Shown here: one piece after another, positions 63,183-64,000 of the stretch
Layout: every line of letters begins with the position of its first letter
Numbering within the stretch: position 1 is the first letter of the stretch
Assembly: GCA_964016885.1 (NCBI GenBank)
Contig: OZ024752.1
Location: forward strand, 44,640,001 to 44,704,000
Direction of reading: 5' to 3'
Source of the DNA: Eledone cirrhosa
Taxonomy: Eukaryota
Length of the DNA stretch: 64,000 nt
The notes under the pieces: model-generated
Database searches by the model: none
Seen by the model: only the letters and a program-made list of their open reading frames with translations
What the model was told of the DNA's origin: nothing
Translations under genes and position numbers: made by a program

Positions 63183-63340
63183 TAACGAAGGAATTGTGGT
63201 AAGGAACCAGATGGACCATAACGCACCAGAGTACTCAATACTTAGGGTAGTAGAGTGGGTAATAGGAAAAAGTAAGACCCCGTCTAGAAATAGCCGTCGA
63301 AACGGCTTGAGCTCTGCCGTCGGGGTCATACTTTTTCCTA
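63183..63340 (+). mobile_element. Small (TA)n-embedded repeat family
   Basis: aacgaaggaattgtggtaaggaaccagatggaccataac...tagccgtcgaaacggcttgagctc; copies at 31757-31933, 32325-32426, 55880-55980 and 27052-27095 (-). Confidence 0.7.
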
Positions 63341-63624
63341 TATATATATATATATATACATACACTTCTTTTCAAATTATTATCGACGTAACATTTTTTA
63401 AAAATTGTATTTAAAGACTACTTGTTGAAATTCAACGAAATTTTCACAGCAACAGTTATATCGTTATGGTGTGTAAAAAACATGAGGTTCTGTAAAACAC
63501 GGAAGAAACTATGGCTATTTACTAAATTTACGTAAACTTTCACTGTTTGAAATTATTAACAAGGTGTAATTAAAAGTTATGTAAATAAGAAAGTATCAAA
63601 ATTAAAAACTGATAGATTAGCTTG

Positions 63625-63980
63625 TTAGTAAGGGATATATGAGGTTAGTAGGAGATATATGAGCTGGTTAGTACAGGTTAGTAGGGGATATATGAGGTTA
63701 GTAGGAGATATATGAGCTGGTTAGTAGGGGATATATGAGGTTAGTAGGAGATATATGAGCTGGTTAGTAGGGGATATATGAGCTGGTTAGTAGGAGACAT
63801 ATGAGGTTAGTAGGAGATATATGAGCTGGTTAGTATGAGATATATGAGCTGGTTCGTAGGAGATATATGAGCTGGTTAGTAGGGGATATATGAGGTTAGT
63901 AGGAGATATATGAGCTGGTTAGTAGGAGATATATGAGGTTAGTAGGAGATATATGAGCTGGTTAGTAGGGGATATATGAG
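63625..63980. repeat. 20/23-bp minisatellite (ttagtaggagatatatgag(ct)gg)
   Basis: Direct inspection. Confidence 0.9.
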
Positions 63981-64000
63981 CCTTTGTTTGAAATATGTAG

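Overview
AT-rich, intron-containing animal genomic DNA full of (TA)n microsatellites, tRNA-derived SINEs and RTE-type LINEs; the repeat landscape suggests an octopod cephalopod (inference). Three protein-coding genes can be spliced by hand with GT-AG sites and consistent phases: the 3' part of a PLAT/LH2-domain gene (+, 244-7111), a complete SPSB3 orthologue (+, 9666-16489, 430 aa) and a complete ABCG half-transporter (-, 32493-44590, 14 coding exons, 600 aa). Two things stand out beyond these genes. (1) About ten (TA)n-inserted, mostly fold-back elements carry type I hammerhead ribozyme cores (CTGANGA...GAAA...UH) of the Penelope pseudo-LTR kind. Several are intact and have a palindromic stem III. 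(2) An apparently non-coding locus at about 19.2-27.6 kb contains a degenerate three-hairpin repeat array ending at a splice donor, a GC-rich ~170-nt structured element, a cluster of AGGGAGATAA motifs, and a ~325-nt multi-stem element inside the intron of a putative two-exon minus-strand non-coding transcript with NRF1-like promoter motifs. Most ORFs in the supplied track are repeat artefacts. All structures were derived by eye; no folding or database search was run.
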